A stretch of DNA of 64,000 bases from Somniosus microcephalus (Eukaryota): contig CM126211.1 in assembly GCA_052327205.1 (NCBI GenBank), positions 16,678,001 to 16,742,000 on the forward strand. Direction: 5' to 3'. The first letter of the stretch is position 1. Every line of letters starts with the position of its first letter. Of the stretch, positions 63,036 through 64,000 are shown one piece after another. The notes below the pieces were generated by a model. It did not search any database, was not told the DNA's origin, and saw nothing but the letters and a program-made list of their open reading frames with translations. Made by a program: the position numbers and the translations under genes.

Positions 63036-63448
63036 GTGCAATCTGTAGCTTAAGTTATTTCGCAGAAGACCAAGAATCTTCGATTTGTTTGGAAAAGTGT
63101 GCTGGTGAACTCCACAAGCAGTTCTACTGTCAGGGTTATGTCAACAGCTTTTGATGTCTCAGCAACAGCCTCACATACCTGAACCCAAAACACATGGGCC
63201 CAGGGTTGTGATCCCAGCAGTTGTGTTTGCCAACGCCCGCCTGCACTAGAGAGTTTGCAGGGTCAGTGGAGGGCATCTCATGGGGCTAGCAGCATCTGCA
63301 CTAATTTTGCTGCCTACCTGTCCCATGCTACTAGAAAATCCAACACTTGCCGTAGACGCCATACAGTCCCCTGTGAAATGGAGTCGCTAGTTAATTTATA
63401 CCCAACGTGGGAGTTCAAGCCGCTTCCCTGGTCTGCCGCCCTCCTCTC

Positions 63449-63856
63449 AACAACAACAACAACTTGTATTTATCTAGCGCCTTTAACATAGTAAAACGTC
63501 CCAAGGTGCTGCACAGGAGTATTTTAAGACAAAAATTTTGACACCGAGCCACATAAGGATAAATTAGGGCAGGTGACCAAAAGCTTGGTCAAAGAGGTAG
63601 GTTTTAAGGAGCGTCTTAAAGGAGGAAAGAGAGGTAGTGAGGTGGAGAGGTTTAGGGAGGGAATTCCAGAGCTTAGGGCCCAGGCAACAGAAGGCACGGC
63701 CACCAAAGGTTGAACGATTATAATCAGGGATCCTCAAGAGGGCAGAATTAAAGGAGCGTGGATATCTCGGGGGGTTGTGGGGCTGCAGGAGATTAAAGAG
63801 ATAGGGAGGGGGCGAGGGCCATGGAGGGATTTGAAAACAAGGATGAGAATTTTGAA
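63449..63856 (-). mobile_element. L2 3' end
   Basis: GGRAFCCLGPKLWNSLPKPL...FKTLLKTYLFDQAF. Confidence 0.88.
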
Positions 63857-64000
63857 ACTCTCCCCCAAACTCCCCACCTCCCCCATCCCCACTCCGATGA
63901 AGCCCCCCTTCCAATATTTTGCAAGCTGGGATGCCTAAGCTCAGTGGACCTACTGGGTTCCAGTCTTATGTTTGGATCCTTGTGGGACAGAGAGTTGGGA

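Overview
Repeat-dense vertebrate DNA, most likely from a cartilaginous fish (inferred from shark-type CR1 and L2 LINE 3' fragments and SacSINE1-like DeuSINEs). It is intronic or intergenic: no host protein-coding exon could be supported. About half of the window is mobile DNA: 5'-truncated CR1/L2 LINEs, tRNA-headed SINEs, several families of PIF/Harbinger-type MITEs with 3-bp TSDs, a 2.7-kb Harbinger derivative with a decayed Myb/SANT gene and a nested solo LTR, and a possible Helitron. AT-rich, repeat-free blocks in between look like conserved non-coding elements. The standout is a young, structurally intact 3.7-kb non-autonomous Gypsy (Mag-like) LTR element at 26007-29711, with ~98% identical LTRs, TTACC TSD, tRNA-Ser PBS and PPT. 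Its single open 733-aa ORF is Gag (two CCHC knuckles) plus aspartic protease. Where RT/RNaseH/integrase should be, it is fused in frame to captured host-gene pieces: an STK10/SLK coiled coil, an optineurin (OPTN) coiled coil, a matrin/U1-type zinc finger and a basic tail. All homologies were recognised by eye from remembered sequences; no search was run, and coordinates of degraded repeats are approximate.
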